NCBI GenBank assembly: GCA_965223345.1
Contig: CBDCWG010000007.1
Coordinates: forward strand, 256,001 to 320,000
Length of the DNA: 64,000 nt
Reading direction: 5' to 3'
Origin: Nitrospinales bacterium
GTDB lineage: Bacteria; Nitrospinota; Nitrospinia; Nitrospinales; VA-1
Below are positions 12,569-22,360 of the stretch, one piece after another. The notes beneath the pieces were generated by a model, which was not told where the DNA came from, did not search any database, and saw nothing but the letters and a program-made list of their open reading frames with translations. Every line of letters begins with the position of its first letter. Positions within the stretch are counted from its first letter, which is position 1. Made by a program: the position numbers and the translations under genes.

Positions 12569-13630
12569 TCAGTAGATTAGCAGGAACGTGAGGTGGTACA
12601 CGATCAACACCACCAGCAGCGAAGACAGGACGATGTGCGAGCCGAGCCACCAGCGCAATAGCCATTGCAGGCTGTGATGGATGTCGAGCTGGTGCTTTTC
12701 GATGCACAGGCTGCGGACGGTGTCGAGCACCCGGCGTTCTTCTTTTTTCAGGAACAGGGTGACGGTGTCGAATTTGTGGTTGAAGCCGGTGTTGCCGAGG
12801 TATCCGGAAAACAGCAGCGACCACTGGAAGCAGGTTCCCTTGAAATGCGGGAACACCTCCTGTTCGCAGAATCCCGACAGGGTGCGGGAAAGAAGGTTTC
12901 TCGATTTCAGATCGTCCAGCAGGGAACGGATGTCCTCTTTCAGCCGCTCGACGCGCTGGGGGATGTTTTCGTACACCGCTTCGCGGTCGAGGCTGGAGAG
13001 CTTGAGAGGAATCCACTTCTGCAACACTAGCCCGCCGATGGAGGTCAAAAGCAGGAACACCACGGTGTAGAACAGCACGTTGGAGAACAGTCCGACAGGC
13101 GGCTGGAAGTTGATGTGGGACAATAGAATGAGGGCGGTGGCGAAACCCGCATAGATGTGAAACTGGCGCCAGTTTTTCGAATAGCCCAGAGCCGGGAACA
13201 TCGCCAGCTTCTTTCGGAGGCTGTACAATGCGCAGATGAGCACCAGCCCCACCATGAGCGAGCCGGTGATGAATTTTTCGGTTTCAAAGTCCAGCCGCCG
13301 GTCGATGGCGAAATAAGCGGAAAAGATCATCTGCAGGCAGGCCAGCGCAACGATGCCGTAAAAATGGCCCTGCGGCAGCAGGCCGCGGTTGAGCCGCGCA
13401 AACAGGAACAGATACGCGCCGAGAAAAAACTGCACGTGTGCGCCGCGCACGTCCACGCCCTCGAATTCATTCGCGATCAGCGCCACCGTCAGGCAGAGCA
13501 ACAGCCACAATCCCCAGCGCTTGACCGTGCCATACAGGGAAAGCCGGGGCCGGGCGGAAGCGGCGTGCGCGCCCCAGGTTTCCTTGAAGGAAACGGGGCT
13601 CGGGTTGTGCGGTTTGAGGGTGGCTTTCAT
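12569..13630 (-). CDS. Polytopic membrane protein with two Hx13H pairs; probable di-heme b cytochrome (ferric-reductase-like TM domain)
   Basis: ATG at 13630 (MKATLKP); HIYAGFATALILLSH and HIVLSSLLVVLIVYH within hydrophobic helices. Confidence 0.7.
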   Translation of the reverse strand: MKATLKPHNPSPVSFKETWGAHAASARPRLSLYGTVKRWGLWLLLCLTVALIANEFEGVDVRGAHVQFFLGAYLFLFARLNRGLLPQGHFYGIVALACLQMIFSAYFAIDRRLDFETEKFITGSLMVGLVLICALYSLRKKLAMFPALGYSKNWRQFHIYAGFATALILLSHINFQPPVGLFSNVLFYTVVFLLLTSIGGLVLQKWIPLKLSSLDREAVYENIPQRVERLKEDIRSLLDDLKSRNLLSRTLSGFCEQEVFPHFKGTCFQWSLLFSGYLGNTGFNHKFDTVTLFLKKEERRVLDTVRSLCIEKHQLDIHHSLQWLLRWWLGSHIVLSSLLVVLIVYHLTFLLIY

Positions 13631-13658
13631 CGTCTTTCTAAAAATCGCATCGTCGGGT

Positions 13659-16256
13659 TCACGGAGCGCCGGCCTGGCCGCGGCGGAAGATATCTTCGAA
13701 GGACAGCCGGTGCAGCGCGTCGGTGGGACAGGCGCGCACGCAGGCGGGGCTGCCGGTCTCCACACACAGGTCGCATTTCATCGCCTTGACCGCCGGTTCG
13801 CCGCCGGCTCCCACGGTCTTGTACTCGACGGCTCCGTCTTTGGCTATGGTTTCGGCCACCGGCAGCGAGACGATGTTGTCGTACACGCAGTTTTCCTGGC
13901 ACAGCGTGCAGCCGACGCAGGTGTCCAGATTGATCAGCACTTCGCCCTTTTCGTGGGCGCGGTACAGCGCGCCGCTCGGGCAGCCCACCATGCAGATCGG
14001 ATCCTGGCAGTGCATGCAGGCGTGCGGGAACAACAGATTGCCGAATTTGCTGCCTTCGCGCACGAAGCGCGGGTAGCCCTCGTGCGAATCGGCGCAGGCC
14101 TGAACGCAGTCGTCGCAGCGGGTGCAGCGGTCGAGGTTGATGACCATGATGCTCTGGCCGTTGAGCAGCTGGTTCTCGATGCCGTAGTTGAGCAGCGAGC
14201 GTTGCCCCACCTGGGTGTCCAGCGATTCGATGACTTCGTTGCGGAACCGGGCGGCCCAGGTGATCTTCTCGCGCAGCGGTTCGACCGCCATCAGCTTTTC
14301 GAGCAATGCGGGTTCCAGCCGGATCACCTGCACGTTGTTGTCGGCGGTGGCGGAATACGGAATCGGAGCGCCTTCGGCGAGCGGCGTCGTGCCCAGCACG
14401 TCGCCCTTTTCCAGGTAGTCGAAATTCAATTCCTTTTCCTGCATCTGTTTCGACAGGCGCACGAATCCGGCCAGGATCACGTAAAAAGACGGGTCGCTTT
14501 CGGTTTCCTCCAGAATCCGGTCGCCGGGTTTGAAGGAAAGCAACCCCGCTCTCTGGATGATCTCGTTCAACAGCTCCGGCTCGCACTCGGCGAACAGCTC
14601 GGCGTTTTTCAGGTAGCGCGACAGGCTCTGCTGGCGGAAGTGGTTCTCGATAAACTTCTGCACGTTGCGGCTGATTTTCGAAAGCCCCCTCAGCGCCTGT
14701 ATCTTGATCTCCAGCACGTGCACGGGCGCTTTCGCGGCCGGATCGCTGGTGACGGTGGCGGTGCGGTGCGAGCGGAACAGCACGGACAGCTCGCCGATCA
14801 GCTCTCCGGGTCCGAGCGTCGCCATCTTGTCGGGCGCCACCGGATCTCCCTTCTGGTTGCGCACGGTTTCCGGAAGAAAGAACGGGTGTTTCGAATAACC
14901 TTCGCGGTCGCAGCCGAACGGTTCCAACGAATCGGCCCTGGAAAATTTCACGTCTTTGGTGGTGATCAATTCGTGGCCTCGGCGGTTTCTCCCCATCCAA
15001 GCCTTTAGACGCTCAAAGACCGAACGCTTTTTCTGCGGCTTTCTGCCCAGCTGGCTCAGATCCAGCGGTTCGAGATACATGCGGGCGCGGCCGTCGAGGA
15101 TGAAAAACGCCGAGTCGCCGTACTCCCCTTCCCGCACGATCACCTCTCCGGGGGCGTAGCGCCGGTGCACGATGTGCGGCAACAGCGCTTCCAGCTTGAT
15201 GGCGCACAGATCCTTGAACAGATCGATCGCATGCACCTCTTCCAGGGTCGCGGCGTGCAGCGGTTTCGCTGCGACCGCAGGGAGAAACGCCTCCTTGTGG
15301 CAGCGGGACGCGGGAACGCCCTGCGCCTTGGCGCAGTCGAGCGCCCTGTCCATGAGCGATTCCGGACCGCAGGTATAAACGGCGACGTCTTCTTTCAGAA
15401 CGGTCAGCGACTGCTCGATAGCTTTTTCGTGAATTCGGCCGGTTTCGCCTTTCCAGCCCGGCCGCGGGTCGCTGAGAAACAGGCGCAGGACGAAATTGGG
15501 GTTCTGTCTTTCCAGATCCTCCAGTTCCTTCAGGAAGATGATGTCTTCCTGGCTGCGGGCTCCGTAGAGCAGGATGATTTTCCCCGGCGATCCGGCGGCG
15601 GTGCGGGAACGGATCATGCTCATCAGCGGCGTGATGCCGACGCCGCCGCCAACCAGCAGCACGTCTTCCCGGGAATCCGCATCGAGCGTGAACCCGCCGC
15701 GGGGCCGCTTGAGGTGCACCGGGTCTCCTTCTTTTAAATTCAGAAAGAGATGGTTGCTGACCCGCCCCTGCGGTTTGCGTTTGACGGTGATCTCCAGATA
15801 GTCTTTCTCGAAACTCGACGAGGAAATGGAGTAGCAGCGGTGACTTTTGCGTTCATCGATGTGGGCAGCCAGGGTGACGAACTGGCCGGGCAGAAAATCG
15901 AACGCCGCCTCCTTCTCTTCCAGCACCAGGTGGTACGACTGCACATCGGGCGTCCGCGGGATCACGCGCACCACGCGCGCCGGCCATTCCTTTTCTTCAT
16001 AGGTGGTGTGGCACACCAGATCCGACCGGGGATGGGACACGCAGGCCAGCACCGTTTCACTCTCATCCTTGCAGACGGTCTCGGACTTGCCTTCGACCTC
16101 TCCCTCGATGCGGCGGATCGTGCAGGTACCGCAATCGCCTTTGCGGCAGCTGTAGGGAATCTCGATCCCTGCCCTTTCCGAGGCTTCGAGGATGGTCATC
16201 CCCTTCGGAACCTGGATGGTCTTTTGAATGTCGTGAAACAGGATCTGATACGACAC
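13659..16256 (-). CDS. Multidomain oxidoreductase: 2Fe-2S ferredoxin + FNR-type FAD/NAD(P)H module + two cNMP-binding domains + DmsB/NrfC-like 4x[4Fe-4S] domain
   Basis: CRKGDCGTC...LAC; RCYSISS, GRVS, GGGVGITP, TCGP, EAF; PGEVIVREGEYGDSAFFI...GELSVLFRSHRTA; a second degenerate cNMP domain; CTRCDDCVQAC, CMHCQDPICMVGCP, CVGCTLCQENC, CDLC...ACVRACP. Confidence 0.9.
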   Translation of the reverse strand: MSYQILFHDIQKTIQVPKGMTILEASERAGIEIPYSCRKGDCGTCTIRRIEGEVEGKSETVCKDESETVLACVSHPRSDLVCHTTYEEKEWPARVVRVIPRTPDVQSYHLVLEEKEAAFDFLPGQFVTLAAHIDERKSHRCYSISSSSFEKDYLEITVKRKPQGRVSNHLFLNLKEGDPVHLKRPRGGFTLDADSREDVLLVGGGVGITPLMSMIRSRTAAGSPGKIILLYGARSQEDIIFLKELEDLERQNPNFVLRLFLSDPRPGWKGETGRIHEKAIEQSLTVLKEDVAVYTCGPESLMDRALDCAKAQGVPASRCHKEAFLPAVAAKPLHAATLEEVHAIDLFKDLCAIKLEALLPHIVHRRYAPGEVIVREGEYGDSAFFILDGRARMYLEPLDLSQLGRKPQKKRSVFERLKAWMGRNRRGHELITTKDVKFSRADSLEPFGCDREGYSKHPFFLPETVRNQKGDPVAPDKMATLGPGELIGELSVLFRSHRTATVTSDPAAKAPVHVLEIKIQALRGLSKISRNVQKFIENHFRQQSLSRYLKNAELFAECEPELLNEIIQRAGLLSFKPGDRILEETESDPSFYVILAGFVRLSKQMQEKELNFDYLEKGDVLGTTPLAEGAPIPYSATADNNVQVIRLEPALLEKLMAVEPLREKITWAARFRNEVIESLDTQVGQRSLLNYGIENQLLNGQSIMVINLDRCTRCDDCVQACADSHEGYPRFVREGSKFGNLLFPHACMHCQDPICMVGCPSGALYRAHEKGEVLINLDTCVGCTLCQENCVYDNIVSLPVAETIAKDGAVEYKTVGAGGEPAVKAMKCDLCVETGSPACVRACPTDALHRLSFEDIFRRGQAGAP

Positions 16257-16296
16257 GGAAAACCCTTATTGAACTCGATGGCCCCTGTGCAACCCT

Positions 16297-17625
16297 TCAG
16301 CGGGTTGCGGGCGTTTCCTTTTTGCTGCCGGATGCGATCAGCGTCGAGAGCTTGGCCGGATCCGGTTTTTTATGAAACAGATGGCACTGGGTGCAATCGT
16401 TCCGCACGCTGCGCTTGTTGTGACAGTTGAAGCAGTGTTTTTTCTCCACTAGGACGTTTCTGTCCTCCAGGCTGCCGCTCTCTAAGATCGATTCGTGGCA
16501 TTGTTCGCACCCCACCCGGGCGTGCTTTTTGTGCGGGAAGATTTTGTTCGATGCGGAATCGGCGTGCGGCAGCACCGGCGTCAGGGAAACCGCCGCCGTG
16601 ACCGCAAGTTTCCGGTCCTTCGGGGGCTTGGCATCCAGATCGGCGACGGTGTGGCACTTCAGGCAGTTGAGCGTCGCGCCTTTGCGGCCCTGCGACAGGA
16701 TATCCCGCACCTGATCGGCGGAGACCCCTTCCTTGGAAAACCAGAACTTCAGATAGGGGTCCTTGTGCACGGGCACGTACTTGAACGCGGCAGGCCGCCG
16801 CCGGCGCTTGCTGCCCTTGCGGTACTCGAAGCGGGACAAAAACGTGTCGAAGGATTCGACGCCGAAGTTTTCCACCACATCCTTGATGGAGTGCGACAGC
16901 TCTTCGGCTTTTTCGGCTGTGAAGACCTGTGTGAGCATCAATTCCTGATGCGGGTGGCATTCCCTGCAGTCGGTTGCGAAATCGATCGATTTGAAATCGA
17001 GAAACCCCTGACCGGAATCGAGCTGGTGGCACAGGACGCATTCCTTCTCGAACTGCCGGTTCATCTTCTCGGCGTAGCGCTCGTTTTTCTGGTGCGTCTT
17101 GTGGCTGAACTGCAATCCGATGCCCTGCATGTTCTGGGGCTCCATCTTCCTGGGGTTGAAACCGGGATGGTCGCGGTCCGCGTCATGAATGGCGTGACAG
17201 TCGCGGCAGGCCCGGTCGGCAACCCGGCTGAGCCGCACTTCCCGGCCCCGGTGCTCGATATGACAGTCCACGCAGTAACGCTGCTTTATCTTTCTCTCTT
17301 TGACGTCCGGTTTTCTGTGGCTGTCCACATGAAACTTGAGCGGCTTGTCGTCGATGTGGCAGCGAATGCACTGCGCTTCCATGTCCGCCTCGCTGCGGGT
17401 CCAGTTTTGCGTGTGACAGGTATTGCACTGGCTGCCCAGCGTGGCGTGGGATGAGGAGAGCGGCCCCTCTCCCGCGAAAAAATTGGTCCCGGCGAACAGA
17501 TCGAGACCGAAGAAGATCAGGCTGATGAAGACGATGGATAAAATGGATTTCAGCAATCGCGGCGACTTGCGCGGCGGATTGTAGCGGTTGGGATAGCGTG
17601 CGTTGTTTTTTTTGTCGAAAGGCAT
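16297..17625 (-). CDS. Membrane-anchored decaheme c-type cytochrome
   Basis: Ten CxxCH motifs (CNTCH, CIRCH, CVDCH, CRDCH, CVLCH, CRECH, CLKCH, CEQCH, CFNCH, CTQCH); N-terminal TM helix followed by GPLSSSH. Confidence 0.92.
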   Translation of the reverse strand: MPFDKKNNARYPNRYNPPRKSPRLLKSILSIVFISLIFFGLDLFAGTNFFAGEGPLSSSHATLGSQCNTCHTQNWTRSEADMEAQCIRCHIDDKPLKFHVDSHRKPDVKERKIKQRYCVDCHIEHRGREVRLSRVADRACRDCHAIHDADRDHPGFNPRKMEPQNMQGIGLQFSHKTHQKNERYAEKMNRQFEKECVLCHQLDSGQGFLDFKSIDFATDCRECHPHQELMLTQVFTAEKAEELSHSIKDVVENFGVESFDTFLSRFEYRKGSKRRRRPAAFKYVPVHKDPYLKFWFSKEGVSADQVRDILSQGRKGATLNCLKCHTVADLDAKPPKDRKLAVTAAVSLTPVLPHADSASNKIFPHKKHARVGCEQCHESILESGSLEDRNVLVEKKHCFNCHNKRSVRNDCTQCHLFHKKPDPAKLSTLIASGSKKETPATR

Positions 17626-17963
17626 GACCGGCCTGCGCTGATGCGATTGCTCTTATAGAAATACCGCCCTCCGTGCTGCCCGATTCCCCCGGACCTCTCA
17701 GCAAGGAAATCCACTTTCTATATTTATAAGATCATATATAAATTGGTTTTATTTCGATTGAATCTTTTCCGGACTTCAAATTCTACACAAAATTTCTGAA
17801 AAATAATATTTACATTTACATCTTTTTTTCGGCAAAAAAAATCACCGGTTCGGCATGCCGCAATCCCACGCCGACGCATCCCGCAGGCGATGCAAGCGCA
17901 CGCGCCGCAAACGGGTCCAACTGCAAAAACCAGAGGGGTTTTGATCCCGAACCGCTTAAGGGT

Positions 17964-18947
17964 TCATTCTTTCTTGATGCGAACGTAGTCTTTTTCTTCG
18001 GGAAACGGAAACACAGCCAGCTGCGCCGCGGTGTACGGCTGCCTGTCGAAATCCTCGACATAGGCCTTGACCGCCTGCTTCACCGGCTCGCTCAGGGCAC
18101 CGGCCTGCCCTGGGTCCGCAACGACCTTACCGACGAGTTCGATCAGGTTTTTCAGGTTCTCGGATGGCAGGGTATTCTGAATCGTCTGCAAAGCTTTGTA
18201 GCACTGCTGCAACATCGTCTGGTTCTTTTTGAAAAATTCGCTGCCGGGGGTGGCTTCGGCCAGCCTCAGGATCGCGAACTGAACATGGAACGCTTTGTCC
18301 ACGACCCAGATCTTGCCGATCTTGTGGGTCATCTTGTTTTCCAGGTCCCCCTCTTCCTTATCCTTCTTGCTCCACACCCAGTGCTTAAAGTCGCCCTGGC
18401 TGTAGCGGATCAGATCGAATTTCTCGCCGATCTTGTGCCCGGCGGCGAAGTACTCCTCGCCCACTCCCCGGTGACAGTTGAAACAGTCTTTCGACCACTG
18501 GTACAGATCGCGGGTGGGACGCATGCCCTTGTCCACCGCCTCGGCGATCTTTCCCTTTTTGTCGTGGACTTCGAGCCAGTCTTCGGCGGGATTGTGGCAG
18601 GTCTCGCAGATCACCCCGAACAGGCCTTTCTCTTCCTCGGTCAGCTTGGGATAGTTGGAGGCGACTTCCGTGCCGTGGCAGCGGATGCATTTCTCGTCTT
18701 CAAAATGATCGGCGACGTTCATCTTGTCGGCGATCTTCTGGCCTTCCTCTTCATACTTTTCGTTGAAAAAGGTCTCGTGCGGGTGTTTGAGCAGTTGATC
18801 GAAGATGTTCGAATGGCAATTGGAATCCGAGCATTGCTTGGGGCCGACGATCTTGTTTTCGGCGAACGCCGGAGAAGCCAGCATCATCAGAAACAGGAAA
18901 ACCACAACGCTCTGCAGCACAATCAGGATCCGTGTTGCCATCATCAA
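17964..18947 (-). CDS. Exported c554-like multiheme cytochrome c (three CxxCH plus one Cx4CH)
   Basis: Signal peptide ending AFA; CSDSNCH, CIRCH, CETCH, CFNCH; heme-free helical C-terminal half. Confidence 0.85.
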   Translation of the reverse strand: MMMATRILIVLQSVVVFLFLMMLASPAFAENKIVGPKQCSDSNCHSNIFDQLLKHPHETFFNEKYEEEGQKIADKMNVADHFEDEKCIRCHGTEVASNYPKLTEEEKGLFGVICETCHNPAEDWLEVHDKKGKIAEAVDKGMRPTRDLYQWSKDCFNCHRGVGEEYFAAGHKIGEKFDLIRYSQGDFKHWVWSKKDKEEGDLENKMTHKIGKIWVVDKAFHVQFAILRLAEATPGSEFFKKNQTMLQQCYKALQTIQNTLPSENLKNLIELVGKVVADPGQAGALSEPVKQAVKAYVEDFDRQPYTAAQLAVFPFPEEKDYVRIKKE

Positions 18948-19066
18948 TCGGTCCTCCTTTCCTTCACGAGTTGTTCATTAACAGAAAGAATCGACGGGAA
19001 AGCTTGATCGCTGCTTCGGCCTGGGCGGACACTCTTAGTAAGACCGCTGGCCGTATGAATTCTTCC

Positions 19067-20689
19067 CTAAAACTTGAACCGCATTTCGATAAAACTGCCC
19101 CAATCCTCACTCCTCACTTCATTGTGCACCCCCACGAACTTCGAGATCATCGACAGGTGATTGCTGATGATGTACTGAATTTCGGTGCCGAACGCGTACT
19201 GATCGTTGGACACGGCGGAGCGGTCGATCAGATAGGAAAACTCGGGATTGACGGTGAGGATCTCCCGCAGGAAAAACAGCTTCAGGCCGATCGTGGCGCC
19301 GATCGAATCGGTGCCTGTGTTTCTAAGCAGCGGGAAGTTGGTCAGCCCGTTGCCGCGGAAAAGGATGCCCGCCCGCCCGGTCCGGCCCTGGGCGATGTCG
19401 TTCCAGCCTTCGGTGCCGAAAAACGCCGTGGAGTAGATGTAGTTCTTGTCGTAGTAATCCGAGATCAAAAACGGATGGTTCACGTCGAGGACGTAGAGCT
19501 GGCCGTCGCCCTGTCCGTCGCCGGTGAGGCGGTCGTCGTTGGCGTTGAACATCGCCCGCGCCGCGTAGTTGAACAACCCGTAACTGGAAACGAAGGACGC
19601 CGCGAAAAACTGCTGCGACAGGTCGCTGTCGTTGTTGTTCTGCAGGTGAAAGAAGTTGAACTCCATGAACTTCTTGTACGCATCGACCTGCAGCGTCAGG
19701 CCGTACAGATCGGTGTCGTTTTTTTCCGGGGCGCCCGCGCGCTGCGCGTTGATCTCGTCGATGGCGGCAATGGCCTGCACATGCACGCGCGTGGTTCCGG
19801 GCAGCACGATGTTGGGCTTGGAGAGCACCAGCCCCAGCACGTTGTCGTCGAGCAGAAAACTGTTCTGGTAGACGAGCGGAATGAGGCCCACCGCGATGTG
19901 CACATCGTCGGGGAAGTGATCGCCCGGGGAAAGAAAGTCGAACATCTCGCCGATCTCACCCTCGAACCAGGCGAACACCGAGTCTTCGGTGAGTTCGAAA
20001 CGGTGATCCGGCTCGCCCGAGTTGTTGTGGAAGCGGTAGAGACCGGAAGCCTGCGGCTCGTCGATATCCACAAAAGGCTGGTAGCGCACATGAAAGCGTT
20101 CGGTGTTGGTGAGATCGAAGTTGAAATCGAGGTTGAGGTTGTAGCCCAGCTGCCCCTGGTTCTCGCCGTCGATGCGGCCGCCGTAGAGAATGGTGCTGAT
20201 GAACCCGTACAACTGGGCGCGCGGGCGGATGGCGTTGCCCTCCTCGCCGAACCATTTGAGCCCGTAATCCTTGAGCGGTCCGGTGCCGAGATAGGGTTCT
20301 CCCAGAGTGAGGGCGCGGTTGTCGAAATCCAGGGCCCGCTTGCGCACGCCGTGCTTTTCGCGCTTGCCCTCTTCCGCCTGCATTTTATGCGGTTCTCTGG
20401 CAGCGTCCTCCTTTTCCTCAGCCGCATCCGGCCCGCCTGCGGCGTCGGCCTGAGCCACCGTCGCGTTGTCCGCCGTCTCGGGTGAAGAATCCTCTCCGAG
20501 CCGCTCCGAATCCCAATGCGGCACGATCTCCACCTCGCTGCTTTGCGCGAGCACTCTGTTTTCAAGGAACACGACGGATTGCGGATTCGCGAAAACGGTG
20601 CCGGATGACAACAACAGCCCGGCGACCGCCCAGGCCCCCCAGCGAACCCTCTTCACCGCCCGAGGCGTCCCAAATAGATTATTGAACAA
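19067..20689 (-). CDS. Probable outer-membrane beta-barrel protein (start uncertain; alternative GTG at 20656)
   Basis: Signal peptide ending VFA; acidic linker; alternating aromatic/hydrophobic beta strands; C-terminal FIEMRFKF (terminal Phe, BAM beta-signal-like). Confidence 0.7.
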   Translation of the reverse strand: MFNNLFGTPRAVKRVRWGAWAVAGLLLSSGTVFANPQSVVFLENRVLAQSSEVEIVPHWDSERLGEDSSPETADNATVAQADAAGGPDAAEEKEDAAREPHKMQAEEGKREKHGVRKRALDFDNRALTLGEPYLGTGPLKDYGLKWFGEEGNAIRPRAQLYGFISTILYGGRIDGENQGQLGYNLNLDFNFDLTNTERFHVRYQPFVDIDEPQASGLYRFHNNSGEPDHRFELTEDSVFAWFEGEIGEMFDFLSPGDHFPDDVHIAVGLIPLVYQNSFLLDDNVLGLVLSKPNIVLPGTTRVHVQAIAAIDEINAQRAGAPEKNDTDLYGLTLQVDAYKKFMEFNFFHLQNNNDSDLSQQFFAASFVSSYGLFNYAARAMFNANDDRLTGDGQGDGQLYVLDVNHPFLISDYYDKNYIYSTAFFGTEGWNDIAQGRTGRAGILFRGNGLTNFPLLRNTGTDSIGATIGLKLFFLREILTVNPEFSYLIDRSAVSNDQYAFGTEIQYIISNHLSMISKFVGVHNEVRSEDWGSFIEMRFKF

Positions 20690-22360
20690 GAACTCTGAAC
20701 TCCTTCGAACTCAACTCGACGATTTCCAACTGAGGGATGAACTCATGCGCCTCAATCTGCTTGAGCAATATAGGGGCAAAATGACGAAAATTCAATTTTA
20801 CTGACACATCATAATATTTCGAATTTCCATACGTGTCGCTGGAGTAGTCCTTAGACCGCGATTGCAAAGGCAGCAGGCTGTTTTTCTGCTGGCGGGACTG
20901 GGTCGGACCGTTGAAGGAAGCGGACAGAAACGGCGCCGGACGGCTGAACGCGAAATTGTCCACATCCCGCGCGACCGGGAAATGATCCGGGCGTTCGGTG
21001 CCGGCAACGGTTTGCAGTTGGAACTTGGTTTGCAGGTTGAACAGATCGTGATCGTAGGGGACCTTGCCCTGCAGCACGTCCATGCTCTTGTTGTCGCGCA
21101 GGTCGCCGTTGGAATCGAGATCGCCGCTCTGGTACACGATGCGGCCCTTATCGTCCCTGAACGTCACGGCGAGCCACACCTGCCGTTCGGCGCTGAAGCC
21201 TGCGGGAAACGCGTGGCCGCTCATCTTGTTCTTGACCGTCACGCTGATATCGAGATCGTCGCCTTTCTCGATGGATTTGGGGACCTTCACGCTCATCTCG
21301 GCGGCGTTTTTAAGCAGCTCCATGCGCTTTTCGCGCGCCGTTGCGAGCAGTTCGTCGCTTTTTTTCAGCAGCGCCTCAAAGCGTTTGTACTTTCTCTTGT
21401 CGAGGCGGTTGAGCTTCTTGCCGGATTTCATCTTCTCATGCACCCGCTCGAGCCACGGGTAAAAGTTGGGATCGTCCATCAGCACCGGCCACTCGTTCGG
21501 GCGGATGGGAAACTGGGACACCGGCAGCACCGAATAATCCGGCCCGGCGAAGGAGTGGTCGCTCAGGGTGCGCTCGGGGAACTTCTTGCCCTTGATCACC
21601 GCGATGGGGCCCTTGGCCCTCGGGCTTTTGACGCCCTGCTCCGTGCCCATGTGGCAGTCCTGGCAGGAGACGCCTTCGCGCGCGGCGGGGCTGTTGCGGT
21701 ACTCGGTGAACAGGTCTTCGAGGCGGAAACCGTCGGGCCCGGTCACATCGTGGCATTGCCCGCAGAACTCGGCCCGGCGGATGAACGGCAGCGCCTCGGC
21801 CTTGTGGGTTTCTTTATTGTCGCGGCCGATGGGCACCGGCTTGATCTTGTCGAAGGGGCCGTACACGTCGTCCTCGACGACGCCGGTTCGATCACCAGTT
21901 CACCGCGGCTGCGGCCGTGGCTGTTTTTGACGCGGTGGCAGACCACGCAGGTCACGCCTTCGAGGGAGATCTTCTTGCGCATTTCGGGAGGCAGTCCGGC
22001 CTTTTCCCCGATGGCGACCGAGATGGGCGAATGACAGCGCTCGCAAAACGTCCCCATGGTGCCGCTGGTTTTTTCCTGGATCACTTTGGCGAAGTTCACA
22101 AAAAATGGGCTGATCTGACCGTAGGCGTGGTTGGAGATACGCCATTGATCGAAATGTTTCGGGTGGCAGGTCTTGCACACCTGTGCCGAGGGATAGCCTT
22201 CCACCTCCGAATTGTCGTAGCCAAGGTCTTTGAACTCTTCGATGGTTTTGAATGTTGCGGGTTTGATTTCATCCGCGAAACCTGGGGATACAAGCATCGC
22301 CGTACCGGCCGAAATCAGAAGAATGCGGGACACCCAGCGGATGAGGCTTCTGTGTTTCAT
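20679..22360 (-). pseudogene. Pentaheme cytochrome c paralog 2, split by a 1-nt deletion near 21885-21888 (pseudogene or sequencing error)
   Basis: ORFs 21743..22360 and 20679..21866 are the N- and C-terminal parts of a paralog of 22681..24423. Here the coding strand reads atcgaaccggcgtc where the intact copy reads atcgaaaccggcgtg. Confidence 0.85.

Noticed and set aside
16297..20689. Calling the decaheme/barrel pair MtrA/MtrB
   Set aside because: Heme spacing with a long heme-free insert, an N-terminal membrane anchor and a shorter barrel do not resemble MtrAB, and the genes are not adjacent.
21860..21900. Programmed ribosomal frameshift or phase-variable tract
   Set aside because: No X_XXY_YYZ slippery site, homopolymer run or short tandem repeat at the break.
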